Shown here one piece after another: positions 10,300 through 20,062 of a stretch of 64,000 nt of DNA. The DNA lies in assembly GCA_964291675.2 (NCBI GenBank), contig OZ219866.1:2816001-2880000 (forward strand). The letters run 5' to 3'. The first letter of the stretch is position 1. Every line of letters starts with the position of its first letter. Below the pieces are notes generated by a model that saw only the letters and a list, made by a program, of their open reading frames with translations, was not told the origin of the DNA and did not search any database. The position numbers were made by a program, and so were the translations under genes. The DNA comes from Alphaproteobacteria bacterium (lineage in GTDB: Bacteria; Pseudomonadota; Alphaproteobacteria; MPNO01).

Positions 10300-10772
10300 G
10301 ACGCGCCTCCCGCGCTCGCCGACCTGACCGCCTCCACCACCTTCACGTAGCCCGAGCAGCGGCAGAGATTGCCCGACAGCCCGTCGCGGATCTCGTCGTC
10401 GGTCGGGCTCGGGTTGTCCGCCAGCAGCGCGGTCGCCGCCACCGCCATGCCCGGCATGCAGAAGCCGCACTGCACCGCGCCGTGGTCGAGCAGCGCCTGC
10501 TGCACCGGCGACAGCGCGCCGCCTTCGGCAAGGCCCTCGACGGTGACGATCTCGCGGCCGGCGGCGTCGGCGGCAAGCGTCAGGCAGCCGCGCATCACGG
10601 CGCCGTCGACCATCACCGAGCAGGCGCCGCAGACCCCCTGGTTGCAGCCCCGCTTGGAGCCGGTGAGCGAGACCTGCTCGCGCAGCACCTGCAACAGCGT
10701 GTGCCAGGGCCGGACGAACAATTGGTGCGTCCTGCCGTTGACCTTGAGCGAGATCGGGATCGCGTCGCTCAT
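10296..10772 (-). CDS. Mo-hydroxylase (2Fe-2S)-binding small subunit
   Basis: GCNQGVCGAC, QCGFC and NLCRCSGY motifs. Confidence 0.92.
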   Translation of the reverse strand: MSDAIPISLKVNGRTHQLFVRPWHTLLQVLREQVSLTGSKRGCNQGVCGACSVMVDGAVMRGCLTLAADAAGREIVTVEGLAEGGALSPVQQALLDHGAVQCGFCMPGMAVAATALLADNPSPTDDEIRDGLSGNLCRCSGYVKVVEAVRSASAGGAS

Positions 10773-11632
10773 CGCGCGTCTCCCCTGGCCGCCGCCGCGC
10801 GGAGCGCGCGGCCGAGCAGCGGCTCGACCAGCATCATGCGGTACTCGCCCGAACCCCGGACGTCATCGACCGGGTCGCAGGCGTCGCGGAGGATCGCCGC
10901 GGCATCGGCGATATCCCGGTCCGCGAGCGCGGTGCCCGCGAGCCGCGCCTCCGCTTCCTCGGCCCGGACCGGGGTCGGCCCGCAACTGCCGAGAGCGACG
11001 CGGACGTAGCTGCAGGTTTCGCCCTCCATCGCCACCACGGCGGCGACCGACACCGTCGCGTAATCGCCCTCGACGCGGGCGAATTTCTCATAGGCGCCGA
11101 ACCCGCCCGCCGGCGAAGGCGGCAGGGTGACGGCGGCGATCAGCTCGCCCGGCCGCAAGGCGGTCTCCAGGTAGTCGACGAAGAAATCCTGCGCCGGGAC
11201 GGCCCGTGTCCCGCCCGCCCCCCGCAGCTCAACCGCCGCGTCGAGCGCCACCAGCGCGCCGGGATAATCGGCCTGCGGGTCGCCGTGGCCGATCGACCCG
11301 CCGATGGTGCCCATGTTGCGGATCGCCGGATGGCCGATCGCCCGCGCGGTCGCCGAAATCAGCGCATGCGCGCCGTCGAGACCGGCCGCACCGGCGACCT
11401 CGCGGTGGGTGGCCATCGCGCCGATGCGGAGCCCGCCCCCGGCGTCGGCCGCGATTCCCCTGAGCGATTCGATATGGCGCAGGCTGACGAGCGCCGAGGG
11501 CATCACCAGGTCGGCGTTCATCATCGCGACCAGCGTCGCGCCGCCCGCGAGACAGCGCGCGTCCTCGTCCGCGGCCAGCAGCGCAACCGCCTCGTCGACC
11601 GTCGACGGGCCGTGAAACTCCATCCCCTGCAC
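10769..11632 (-). CDS. Mo-hydroxylase FAD-binding medium subunit
   Basis: AGGATL, IRNMGTIGGS and DVRGSGEYR motifs; coupled to the small subunit. Confidence 0.9.
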   Translation of the reverse strand: MQGMEFHGPSTVDEAVALLAADEDARCLAGGATLVAMMNADLVMPSALVSLRHIESLRGIAADAGGGLRIGAMATHREVAGAAGLDGAHALISATARAIGHPAIRNMGTIGGSIGHGDPQADYPGALVALDAAVELRGAGGTRAVPAQDFFVDYLETALRPGELIAAVTLPPSPAGGFGAYEKFARVEGDYATVSVAAVVAMEGETCSYVRVALGSCGPTPVRAEEAEARLAGTALADRDIADAAAILRDACDPVDDVRGSGEYRMMLVEPLLGRALRAAAARGDAR

Positions 11633-11750
11633 CTCCCCGAGCGTTGGCCGGCAGCGAGTATGTCCGATGGCGGGAGGGCCGGCAAACCCTGTAGCCCGCG
11701 GCGCCGGGGCGGTATTCTCCGCCTCCTCAAGGCCGGTTGGGAGAGTCGAA

Positions 11751-12743
11751 ATGCCGATGGCGGCGGTGATTCACGAGAAGGGCGCGCCCGATGTCTTCCG
11801 CTGGGAAGAGGTCGAGGTCGGCGCGCCCGGCGCGGGCGAGGTGCGCATCCGCAACGAGGCGGTGGGCGTCAACTACGTCGACACCTATCACCGGCGCGGC
11901 ATGCCGCACCCCTGGCCGGTCCCCGCCTTGCCGCTGGTGCTCGGTTTCGAGGGCGCCGGCACGGTCGCCGAAATCGGCGAGGGCGTCGAGGGGCTCGCGC
12001 CGGGCGACCGAGTGGGCTACGCCATGCCGCCGCACGGCGCCTACAGCCAGGAGCGCATCTATCCGGCGGAGAAGGTCGTGCGCGTCCCCGACGGGATCGA
12101 TGCGCGCGCCGTCGCCGCGCTGATGCTCAAGGGGCTCACCGCCCAGTATTTGCTGCGGCGGACCTACCGGGTCGAGCGGGGCGATGCGATCCTGGTGCAC
12201 GCGGCGGCGGGCGGCATGGGCCAGATCCTCTGCCAGTGGGGCAGGCATCTCGGCGCCACCGTGATCGGCACCGTCAGCACCGGGGAGAAGGCGGAACAGG
12301 CGCGCGCGGCGGGCTGCGACCATGCCGTGGTCCACGGCGAGGGCGATTTCGTCGAGACCGTCGGCGAGGTCACCGGCGGCGAGGGCTGCGCGGTGGTCTA
12401 CGAATCGATCGGCAAGGACACCTTCCGCCGCTCGATGGACTGCCTCAGGCCGCTCGGCATGATGGCGAGCTACGGCCACGCCTCGGGCGCGCCCGACCCG
12501 GTCGACGTGATCGAGCTCGGGGCGCGCGGCTCGCTGTTCCTCACCCGGCCGGCGATCATGCACTACATGGCGAAGCGCGAGGACCTGGCGGCCGGGGCGG
12601 AGGAGCTGTTCGAGGTCGTGCGAAGCGGCGCGGTCAAGCCCGCGGTCAACCACCTCTACCCGCTCCGCGAGGCGGCCGAGGCGCACCGCATGATCGAGGC
12701 CCGGCGCACCACCGGCGCCACCGTGCTGCTGCCCTTCGAATAG
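11751..12743 (+). CDS. NADPH:quinone oxidoreductase (zeta-crystallin/MDR family)
   Basis: GVNYVD, LGFEGAG, HAAAGGMG, GSLFLTRP and RRTTG motifs. Confidence 0.9.
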   Translation: MPMAAVIHEKGAPDVFRWEEVEVGAPGAGEVRIRNEAVGVNYVDTYHRRGMPHPWPVPALPLVLGFEGAGTVAEIGEGVEGLAPGDRVGYAMPPHGAYSQERIYPAEKVVRVPDGIDARAVAALMLKGLTAQYLLRRTYRVERGDAILVHAAAGGMGQILCQWGRHLGATVIGTVSTGEKAEQARAAGCDHAVVHGEGDFVETVGEVTGGEGCAVVYESIGKDTFRRSMDCLRPLGMMASYGHASGAPDPVDVIELGARGSLFLTRPAIMHYMAKREDLAAGAEELFEVVRSGAVKPAVNHLYPLREAAEAHRMIEARRTTGATVLLPFE

Positions 12744-12771
12744 CGGCGCCGAAACCGCGTCGGCTCCCCCC

Positions 12772-13302
12772 CTACGCCGGGTCGGCGCTGACCAGCACGG
12801 CGGCGAGCAGGCAGGGCTCGTCGGTGCGCACGCTCCAGGAATGGTTGGTGCCGCGCTGGATCATCGCGTCGCCCGCCTTCAGGCACACCTCGCCGGTATC
12901 CAGAACGGCCCAGATCTCGCCCTTGAGCACGACGAGGTAATCCACCGTCGAGGTCTTGTGCATCATCGGATCGTCGCTGGCGGCGTCCGGGGCATGCCCG
13001 GCGTCGATCGATTCGAAGGCGTCCCTTGCATCGGCGCGGTGGCGCCACGCGCTGTCCGGCGGAAACTCGACGATGCGGAAGACGGTGCCGCTTGGCCCGG
13101 GTTCGAGCACGACCGGGCCGTCGGCGGCATCTTCCCGTCCCGCGTTGTCGGCCGGCGCGCCGTCGGTGCGCCACAGCTCGGTGAGCGCGAGCCCCGGCAT
13201 CGAGTCCATCTCCTTGACCGTGCCGGCATCGCCGTCGATGACGAACACCGACCGCCCGTCTTCGTCATGCGCGGTGACCACGCGGCGGATCTTCTCGACC
13301 AT
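12772..13302 (-). CDS. Cupin-domain protein
   Basis: IRRVVTAHD, MHKTSTVDY and IQRGTNHSW motifs. Confidence 0.85.
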   Translation of the reverse strand: MVEKIRRVVTAHDEDGRSVFVIDGDAGTVKEMDSMPGLALTELWRTDGAPADNAGREDAADGPVVLEPGPSGTVFRIVEFPPDSAWRHRADARDAFESIDAGHAPDAASDDPMMHKTSTVDYLVVLKGEIWAVLDTGEVCLKAGDAMIQRGTNHSWSVRTDEPCLLAAVLVSADPA

Positions 13303-14241
13303 TCAAGCCTCCCTGATGAGCCGGTTGCGCAGGACGCCGATGCCCTCCACCTCGAGCTCGACCACGTCGCCGTCCGACAAGTAGCGCTCAAGCTCCAGCC
13401 CGCAGCCCCCGCCGACGGTTCCCGAGCCGAAGAACTCGCCGGGATGAAGCGTCTCGGACCGCGAGACATGGGCGATCAGGTCCTCGAACGTCCAGTGGAT
13501 GCTGCCCGAATGGCCGCGCGACCACTCCTCGCCGTTGACCCGGGCGATCATCGTGCAGTCATAGGGGTCGAGCGCGTCGGCGGTCACGATGCACGGCCCG
13601 ATGACGTTGCCGCCGTCGAAATCCTTGCCCTTGCCGGGTCCGAGCCCGCCCGGCATTTCCAGCGCCTGCGCGTCCCGCGCCGAGAAGTCGTTGAAGATCG
13701 AGTAGCCGAAGATATGGGCGCGCGCCGCGTCGCGCGCGATGTCCTTGCCGCCCTTGCCGATGAAAAAGCCGAATTCGAGCTCGTAATCCATCACCTCGGC
13801 GTAGCCCGGCCAGATCACGTCCGCCCCGTGCCCGACCACCGCCAGGCGGTTGGCCTTGTAGTAGATCGGCTGGCGGTACCAGATCTCCGGGATTTCGAAC
13901 ATGCCCGGCTGCGCGTCGCCGCGCGATTTCCGCAACACCTCGAACGCCCGCTTGAGGTGCTCCTCGAAGCACAGGCAGTCGCGGATCTGGGGCGGTTCCG
14001 GCAGCGGCGTGCGCAGCACGATCTCGGCGGCGGGGAGCACGGCGGATGCCGGCGGGCTCGCCACCGCGCGGCGCGCCTCCGCCAGCGCCTCGTCGCCGGC
14101 GCGGATCAGCGCGAGCATCGACGCGAAGGCGGGCCCGCCCGGGGACAGGCCGAGATCGACCACCGCTTCGTCGCGCTCGATCAACGCGCCGACGCGATCC
14201 CGATCGCCGGTCGCGCGGTGCCGGAAGGTGACGAGTCTCAC
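13303..14241 (-). CDS. Fumarylacetoacetate hydrolase-family protein
   Basis: DYELE, NDFSARDAQ, GKGKDF and GSGT motifs. Confidence 0.9.
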   Translation of the reverse strand: MRLVTFRHRATGDRDRVGALIERDEAVVDLGLSPGGPAFASMLALIRAGDEALAEARRAVASPPASAVLPAAEIVLRTPLPEPPQIRDCLCFEEHLKRAFEVLRKSRGDAQPGMFEIPEIWYRQPIYYKANRLAVVGHGADVIWPGYAEVMDYELEFGFFIGKGGKDIARDAARAHIFGYSIFNDFSARDAQALEMPGGLGPGKGKDFDGGNVIGPCIVTADALDPYDCTMIARVNGEEWSRGHSGSIHWTFEDLIAHVSRSETLHPGEFFGSGTVGGGCGLELERYLSDGDVVELEVEGIGVLRNRLIREA

Positions 14242-14263
14242 CGTGCCGCCCGATCCGCCCCGC

Positions 14264-14800
14264 TCAGACCGCGTTCGGCACCGGCTCGGCGTCGACCAGG
14301 ATGAAGGCCATGCGGCAGGGCTCGCTGCCGCGGTTGACCCAGGCGTGGTTGGTGCCCTTCTGGACGATCACGTCGCCCGCCTTCACGTGGACCTCCGAGT
14401 CGTCGAGCAGCATGTCGATCTCGCCCGACAGCACGATCGCGTAATCGACCGAGTTGGTGCGGTGCATGAAGGGGTGCTTGTTGACGATGTCGCCGGCCGG
14501 GATCGCGCCGAGCGCGGCGGCGACCGCGCTGTGCTCCAGCGCCTCGACCTCCGGCGTCACCGGCGGGAACTCGGTGATGCGGAACACCGTGCCGCCGGGC
14601 GGCGGGGGCGTCTTGATCTCGCCCGTCGCCGGGTCTTCGTCGCCCGAGTTGTCGGCCGGGGTCGCGAAGGTGCGCCAGAGCTGGGTCGCGACCAGATCGC
14701 CCACCGGCCTTGTGCGGACATTGGGCGCGGCGCCGTCCATGACGACGATCGCCTTGCCGTTCTCGTCGTGGCCGGTGACCACGCGCCGGATGTCGTGCAT
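14264..14800 (-). CDS. Cupin-domain protein (paralog of 12772-13302)
   Basis: IRRVVTGHD, MHRTNSVDY and VQKGTNHAW motifs. Confidence 0.85.
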   Translation of the reverse strand: MHDIRRVVTGHDENGKAIVVMDGAAPNVRTRPVGDLVATQLWRTFATPADNSGDEDPATGEIKTPPPPGGTVFRITEFPPVTPEVEALEHSAVAAALGAIPAGDIVNKHPFMHRTNSVDYAIVLSGEIDMLLDDSEVHVKAGDVIVQKGTNHAWVNRGSEPCRMAFILVDAEPVPNAV

Positions 14801-14831
14801 CTCATCCCCCCATCGCGATGACGAGCGGGGA

Positions 14832-16226
14832 CTATTGCCGCTCCCCATCGGTCTGGCAAATGCGGGCGATCCGCCCGGCGTCGTCGAGCGTGTCGAACGC
14901 GCCGACGATCCCGATCGCCGCCTCGGCGGTTTGCGCCGGAAACCCGGCGAAGGCGGTGCACCGGCGGAATTTTTCGCAGGCGTCGGCGAAGCTCATCGGC
15001 GCCTGCGTCGAACCCTGCGCCCAGTCGCAGCGCCTCTCCAGCCGCCTGCCGTCGGCGAGCTCGACATCGAGCAGCGTCGTCATGTTGGTAAAATCCGCTC
15101 CGGGCCGGTCATAGGCGGTAAACCGCACCCGTTCCATCGCCCGGCGGATGTCCGGGCGGGCGAGCGTTTCTGCGGTGAACTCGGCGAGCCCGGCGCGGCC
15201 CTCGACGGCGATCAGCGCAAGCGCGAACTGCATCGAGAACCGCGCCTCCATGACCGTTTTCGGGTCGTGGTGGATCAAGGTCTCGAGGACCCGCCGGTTG
15301 GTTCTGGCGGAGATCGCTGCGATGTCGCCGCCGCCGAACCCGTGCTCGCGCCTGAGCGCCAGCAGCCCGGTCATCGCCGGGTGGGTCAGCGCGCCGTTGG
15401 GGAAAGGCTTGATCCACATGCCCGGATCGAGAATGGCCCAGGGATCGCCCAGGCGTTCCAGCACCGCGGGGTCGAAGTCGCCGCCAGCGGCGGCGAAATA
15501 CCCGACCTTGCCGCCGAGCGCGTCGGCCGCGCCGACCAGCCCCCGCGCGGTCATGTCGGCGGCGACGACGCCTGCCTCCGCCGCCATGCCCGGGTGCAGG
15601 ATCTCGACCATCGAGCCGAAGTTCTGCCGCACGCCGCCCGCCGCGCTGGCGGCGAAGGCGAGCGCGTGTCCGATCCGCCGGCGGTCCAGACCGTAGAGCA
15701 TCGCCGCGGCGGCGGCGGCGCCGAAGGTGGACAGCGTTCCCGTCGCGTGGAAACCCTCCCGATAGTGGCGCGCGTCGATCGCGTGGTTGATCCGGCAGGC
15801 GATCTCGATGCCGGCGTGCAGCGCGGTGGCGAGGTCGCGTCCGCTCGCCGCTCGCTCCTCGGCGACGGCGAGCGCGGCGGCGAGAACCGGCGCGGTCGCG
15901 TGGATGCCGCCGTTCCGTTCCGCCAGCGCCTGCGGGTTGGTGTCGTCGAAATTGTCGGCATGCATCGCCGCCGCGTTGAGGAAAGCGGCGAAGCGCTGCG
16001 CGCTGCGCGCAGGCGTGCCCAGAACGGTCGCCCCGCCGCCCGCCGAACCGAGAGCGTCTATGTGGTCGCGGGCGATGCGGACGGCCTCCGTGCGGGCGCC
16101 GGCGATGGCGAGGCCGATGCAGTCGAGCACATGGACCCGGCCCCGTTCGAGCGCCGCCTCCGGCAGGTCCCCGAAGGCGAGGCCGTCGGCGAAGGCGGCG
16201 ATCCGTCCGGTCGCGCCCGCGCTCAG
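14832..16226 (-). CDS. MmgE/PrpD-family protein (start uncertain, probably CTG)
   Basis: LDCIG, HADNFDDT, GFHATG, IKPFP and ARFSMQF motifs; no ATG/GTG ahead of the conserved N-terminal helix. Confidence 0.85.
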   Translation of the reverse strand: MSAGATGRIAAFADGLAFGDLPEAALERGRVHVLDCIGLAIAGARTEAVRIARDHIDALGSAGGGATVLGTPARSAQRFAAFLNAAAMHADNFDDTNPQALAERNGGIHATAPVLAAALAVAEERAASGRDLATALHAGIEIACRINHAIDARHYREGFHATGTLSTFGAAAAAAMLYGLDRRRIGHALAFAASAAGGVRQNFGSMVEILHPGMAAEAGVVAADMTARGLVGAADALGGKVGYFAAAGGDFDPAVLERLGDPWAILDPGMWIKPFPNGALTHPAMTGLLALRREHGFGGGDIAAISARTNRRVLETLIHHDPKTVMEARFSMQFALALIAVEGRAGLAEFTAETLARPDIRRAMERVRFTAYDRPGADFTNMTTLLDVELADGRRLERRCDWAQGSTQAPMSFADACEKFRRCTAFAGFPAQTAEAAIGIVGAFDTLDDAGRIARICQTDGERQ

Positions 16227-17296
16227 CCGATCGCCTCCGCGAAGTTGAGCACCGCCTCCTCCACGTCGCGCGCCCCGTTCCAGCGGGCGGCGACCGCGGT
16301 ATGCGGCGTGATCACCACATTGCGGAAGGCGGTCAGCGGGTCGTTCGGCGCGGCCGGCTCCTCCCAGAACACGTCGAGCCCGGCGCCGCCGAGACGGCCG
16401 CTCTCCAACGCCTCGATCAGCGCGGCGCGGTCGACGATCTCCGCCCGCGAGACGTTGATCAGCACCGCGCCCGGCTTCATCCGGCGGAACGCAGCGGCAT
16501 CGATCATCCCGCGCGTCTCGCGGTTCGACGGGAGCTGGACCGAGATGTAGTCGGAGCGCTCCAGCAGCTCCTCGAAGCCGCAATAGCGCGCGCCGTGCGC
16601 CTCTTCGATGTCGGGCGGGAGCCGGCGGCGCTGGAAGTAGAGCACCTCCATGCCGAAGGCCGAGGCGCGCCTGGCGAGCTCGCGGCCGATCTCGCCCAGC
16701 CCGACGGCGCCGAGCACGGCACCTTCGAGCGTCCCCAGACCGCCGATGCGGCCCCAGTTGGAGCGCCCGCAATGCCGGCTGTCGTAGAGCCTCGGCGCAT
16801 AGCCGACGGCTTCCAGGCTGGCGGTGTCGATCCGCCCGCCGATCTCGCAGATCTTCTTGGCGAGCGCCAGCATCAGGGCAAAGACGTGCTCGGCGACGGC
16901 GCCGTTGACCCGCCGCCGGAGCGGTCTGACCGGAACCCCGCTTGCGGCGCAGGCCGCGAGGTCGATGTTGCGGAGGTCGGCGCCGAATTTCTGGACGATT
17001 TTGAGCCCGGGGGCGAGGGCGAGCTCCGCCGCGCCGAACGCCATGCCCTCGACGATCACGCCCTCGGCGCCCGCGAGCGCCGCGCGCAACGCCTCGATAT
17101 CGTCGGCCATGCGGAACTCGGCGGGGAATATCGACGCGGCCCGGGCGCGCAGATCGTCCCGCCAGGAGTGGAAGTCCGGCAGGTCGACCGAGAAATAGTC
17201 GGCGATCGCGTCCTGCCGGTCGGCCGGCGTGTCGGGGTCGAGCACGACCTGGATGTTGCGGATGATCGGATCGTTCTCGGCGACGATGACCGGCAC
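16223..17296 (-). CDS. D-isomer-specific 2-hydroxyacid dehydrogenase-family protein
   Basis: AVAEH, GLGEIG, INVSR, LDVFWEEP and TPH motifs. Confidence 0.88.
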   Translation of the reverse strand: MPVIVAENDPIIRNIQVVLDPDTPADRQDAIADYFSVDLPDFHSWRDDLRARAASIFPAEFRMADDIEALRAALAGAEGVIVEGMAFGAAELALAPGLKIVQKFGADLRNIDLAACAASGVPVRPLRRRVNGAVAEHVFALMLALAKKICEIGGRIDTASLEAVGYAPRLYDSRHCGRSNWGRIGGLGTLEGAVLGAVGLGEIGRELARRASAFGMEVLYFQRRRLPPDIEEAHGARYCGFEELLERSDYISVQLPSNRETRGMIDAAAFRRMKPGAVLINVSRAEIVDRAALIEALESGRLGGAGLDVFWEEPAAPNDPLTAFRNVVITPHTAVAARWNGARDVEEAVLNFAEAIG

Positions 17297-17320
17297 GGCG
17301 CTTCTCCGGTGGGCGCGGCG

Positions 17321-18799
17321 TCAGGCGGTCGCGGCCGAGGCGCCGGCGATGCGGCCGAAGACCGCGCCCGAGGTGAGCCCGCTGCCGCCCGGGTAGTTGA
17401 AATAGAAGATGCCGCCCACCAGCTCGCCCGCCGCGTAGAGCCCGGGGATCGGCTCGGATTCGGTGTCGAGCACCTGCCCGTCGGTGTCGATGCGCAAGCC
17501 CCCGAAGGTAAAGGTGATGCCGCAGGTCACCGCATAGGCCTCGAAGGGCGGCTCGTCGATGGTGTTGGCCCAGTTCGACTTGGGGACCGCCAGCCCCTCC
17601 GTGCAGCGCCCGTCCTTGACGTTGGGGTTGAACGGGATGTCGGTGCGGACGGCCGCGTTATAGGCGGCGATCTCGGCGAGGAAGGAATCGGCGTCCACCC
17701 CGTCGAGCTGCGGGGCGAGCTCTTCCAGCGTGTCGGCGCTCGCCTTGGTGACCTGGCGGATGTTGTATTCGTCGCGCTTGAGATGGGCGACCTTGGCATC
17801 GAAGATCTGCCAGGCGAACTGCCCCGGCTGCTCCAGGATCACCCTTCCGTACTTGGCATAGGTGTAGTTGCGGAAATCCGCACCCTCGTCGACGAAGCGC
17901 CTTCCCGTCGCGTTGACCATGGCGGCGAAGGGGTAGCTGTGCTTCTGGAACTGGTCGCCCACCGCGAGGTCGCCGAACTCGGGCGCGTTCCTCTCCCAGC
18001 CGACCGCGTGGCAGCCCGACCAGTTGCCGTAGGGCATGGCGCCGATGTCGAGCGCCATGCGGATCCCGTCGCCGGTGTTGAACCGCGTGCCGCGCACCTT
18101 GGCGAGCTCCCAGCCGGGGCCGAGATAGCGCGTGCGCCACTCGTAGTTGCCCTGGAAGCCGCCGGCGGCGAGCACCACGGATTTGGCGCGGATCTCCTCG
18201 ATCCGGCCCTTGGTCTTCACCTTCACGCCGCGCACCGTCACCCCGTCGAAGACCAGCTCGGTGGCGCGGTGGCCGTAGCGGATCTCGATGCCGCGCCCGG
18301 CCGCGATCTCGTGCAGCGAATCCACCAGCCCGGGACCGCCGCCCCAGGCCTCGACGGTGAGCCCGCCCCAGAACTTGAACTTGCCGTCCACCCTAAAAGC
18401 CTGGCGGCCCCAGATCGGCGCGAAGCGCACCCCCTTCTCGCGCATCCACAAGAGCGTGTCGCGCGACCGGGTGACCAGCAGCTCGACCATGTCGGGATCG
18501 GCGCGGTACTGGGTGACCCGCGCCATGTCGTCATAGAACTGGTCCTGGGTGTAGGTGCCGAAATCGGTGTTGGCGATCTCCTCGTTGGTGAGGTCGGGCA
18601 TCAGCGCCTTGAGGTCTTCGACCCCGTCATAGACCACCCGCATGGCGCCCGCGGTGAAGCGCGAGTTGCCGCCCGATTCGTCCTCGTTCGCGCGCTCCAG
18701 CACCAGCACGTTGGCGCCGTTCTCCTCCGCCGCCAGCGCCGCGCAGATCGCCGCGTTGCCGGCGCCGACCACGACGACATCGAACCCGGAATCGCTCAT
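17321..18799 (-). CDS. tcuA: FAD-dependent tricarballylate dehydrogenase TcuA-like flavoprotein
   Basis: GAGNAA, GGNSRFT, GITFTFGG and YPGGSGLTSGAVFG motifs; no tcuB adjacent, so the substrate is uncertain. Confidence 0.75.
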   Translation of the reverse strand: MSDSGFDVVVVGAGNAAICAALAAEENGANVLVLERANEDESGGNSRFTAGAMRVVYDGVEDLKALMPDLTNEEIANTDFGTYTQDQFYDDMARVTQYRADPDMVELLVTRSRDTLLWMREKGVRFAPIWGRQAFRVDGKFKFWGGLTVEAWGGGPGLVDSLHEIAAGRGIEIRYGHRATELVFDGVTVRGVKVKTKGRIEEIRAKSVVLAAGGFQGNYEWRTRYLGPGWELAKVRGTRFNTGDGIRMALDIGAMPYGNWSGCHAVGWERNAPEFGDLAVGDQFQKHSYPFAAMVNATGRRFVDEGADFRNYTYAKYGRVILEQPGQFAWQIFDAKVAHLKRDEYNIRQVTKASADTLEELAPQLDGVDADSFLAEIAAYNAAVRTDIPFNPNVKDGRCTEGLAVPKSNWANTIDEPPFEAYAVTCGITFTFGGLRIDTDGQVLDTESEPIPGLYAAGELVGGIFYFNYPGGSGLTSGAVFGRIAGASAATA

Positions 18800-18883
18800 T
18801 CAACCGTCTCCAAAGGGGCGCGCGCCGGCCGGCCGCAGCCGCCGGCCGACGGCTTTCGGGGTGCCGAAGAGAGGCGCCCGGCG

Positions 18884-19954
18884 CTATTCGGCCGCCTGGG
18901 CGATTCCCGCCTGCTCGCGTTCGATCATCCGGTCGATGGCGATCCGGGCGAGCGCCAGCGCGCTGTCGGCGTTGATCGGCACCAGGCTGCGGTCGGGGTC
19001 GAGGTCGAGGCGCTCCTGCTGCGCCTCCATGATGGTCTTGTCCTCGATGAAGGTCGGGTAGATCTCGTCATACATGTCCTGGGTCGCCTGCGGCTCGTCC
19101 TGGCGGTAGCCGTTGGCGGTCGACCAGAAGTAGTGGAACGTGGTCTCGGTCTCCGGCGTCGCGCCGTGCAAGAGGCGCAAATGGAAGCCCTTCTGGTCGC
19201 GGTTCTCGCGCGCGCCGCGCCCCACGTCGAGACCGCCCGACCATTGCAGCACGATGCCGGGCGGCACGTATTCGAACTCCTGCCACCGGTCGATGCGCCC
19301 CTCGAACTGACCGCCCTTCTGATAGGTCGGCGGCGGCACGCAATCCGGCATCCAGCGGATGAAATAGGCGCCGTTCTCGGTCGGCCGGGTCTCCATGTCG
19401 GCGGTGACATGGGTGTTGGGGTCGCCGCCGATGGTCCGGTTGTGGACGTAGCCCAGATGCGTGAGGTCCATCAGGTTGTCGATCATCAGCATGTAGTTGG
19501 CCTTGATCTGGAACATCGCCTTGCGATGCGGCCATTTCCCGGGCTGGTCGTGATAGGGGTAGTCGACGATCAGGCTCTCGTCGGCGCGGGCGGGGTCGCC
19601 CATCCAGATCCAGACGATCTGGTTGCGCTCGACCACGGGATAGCTGACCACCCCGGCCTCCGGCGGGATCCGGTCCTGACCCGGGATGGTCACGCAGGCG
19701 CCGGTGGTGTCGTAGACCAGGCCGTGATAGCCGCATTGCAGGCCGGTCTCGATCACCGTGCCGTGGGTCAGCGGCGCGCCGCGATGGCAGCAGCGGTCCT
19801 CCAGCGCGCCCACCCTGCCGTCGGAATCGCGGAACAACACCAGCGGCTGGTTCATGATCGTGCGGCCCAGCATGCCGTCCGCGAGCTCCTCCGACCACGC
19901 GCCGATATACCAGGCGTTTCTCACGAAGGGCAGGTTGGTGGTGTCCGCAGCCAT
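18884..19954 (-). CDS. Rieske oxygenase, VanA-like alpha3 type (O/N-demethylase family)
   Basis: Rieske motif CCHRG...CGYHG; mononuclear Fe site DNLMDLTHLGYVH...ED. Confidence 0.88.
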   Translation of the reverse strand: MAADTTNLPFVRNAWYIGAWSEELADGMLGRTIMNQPLVLFRDSDGRVGALEDRCCHRGAPLTHGTVIETGLQCGYHGLVYDTTGACVTIPGQDRIPPEAGVVSYPVVERNQIVWIWMGDPARADESLIVDYPYHDQPGKWPHRKAMFQIKANYMLMIDNLMDLTHLGYVHNRTIGGDPNTHVTADMETRPTENGAYFIRWMPDCVPPPTYQKGGQFEGRIDRWQEFEYVPPGIVLQWSGGLDVGRGARENRDQKGFHLRLLHGATPETETTFHYFWSTANGYRQDEPQATQDMYDEIYPTFIEDKTIMEAQQERLDLDPDRSLVPINADSALALARIAIDRMIEREQAGIAQAAE

Positions 19955-20062
19955 GACATCCGCTCCGCTTGACGATTTCTCCGAACGGGCCGGTCCCGGC
20001 CCTTGCGACGGAGACTAGCCCCGGGCCATGCTGATCGCAACCGGAGGACGCGGGGAGGGGGC

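Noticed and set aside
7993-11632. 4-hydroxybenzoyl-CoA reductase or CO dehydrogenase
   Set aside because: The FAD subunit lacks the Cys-rich [4Fe-4S] insertion of HcrB, and the large subunit has AFRGFG rather than AYxCSFR
16301-19972. Very long antisense and alternative-frame ORFs (also 3055-5901, 25875-28418, 52069-54561 and others)
   Set aside because: Expected stop-poor shadows in high-GC DNA, overlapping genes with clear motifs
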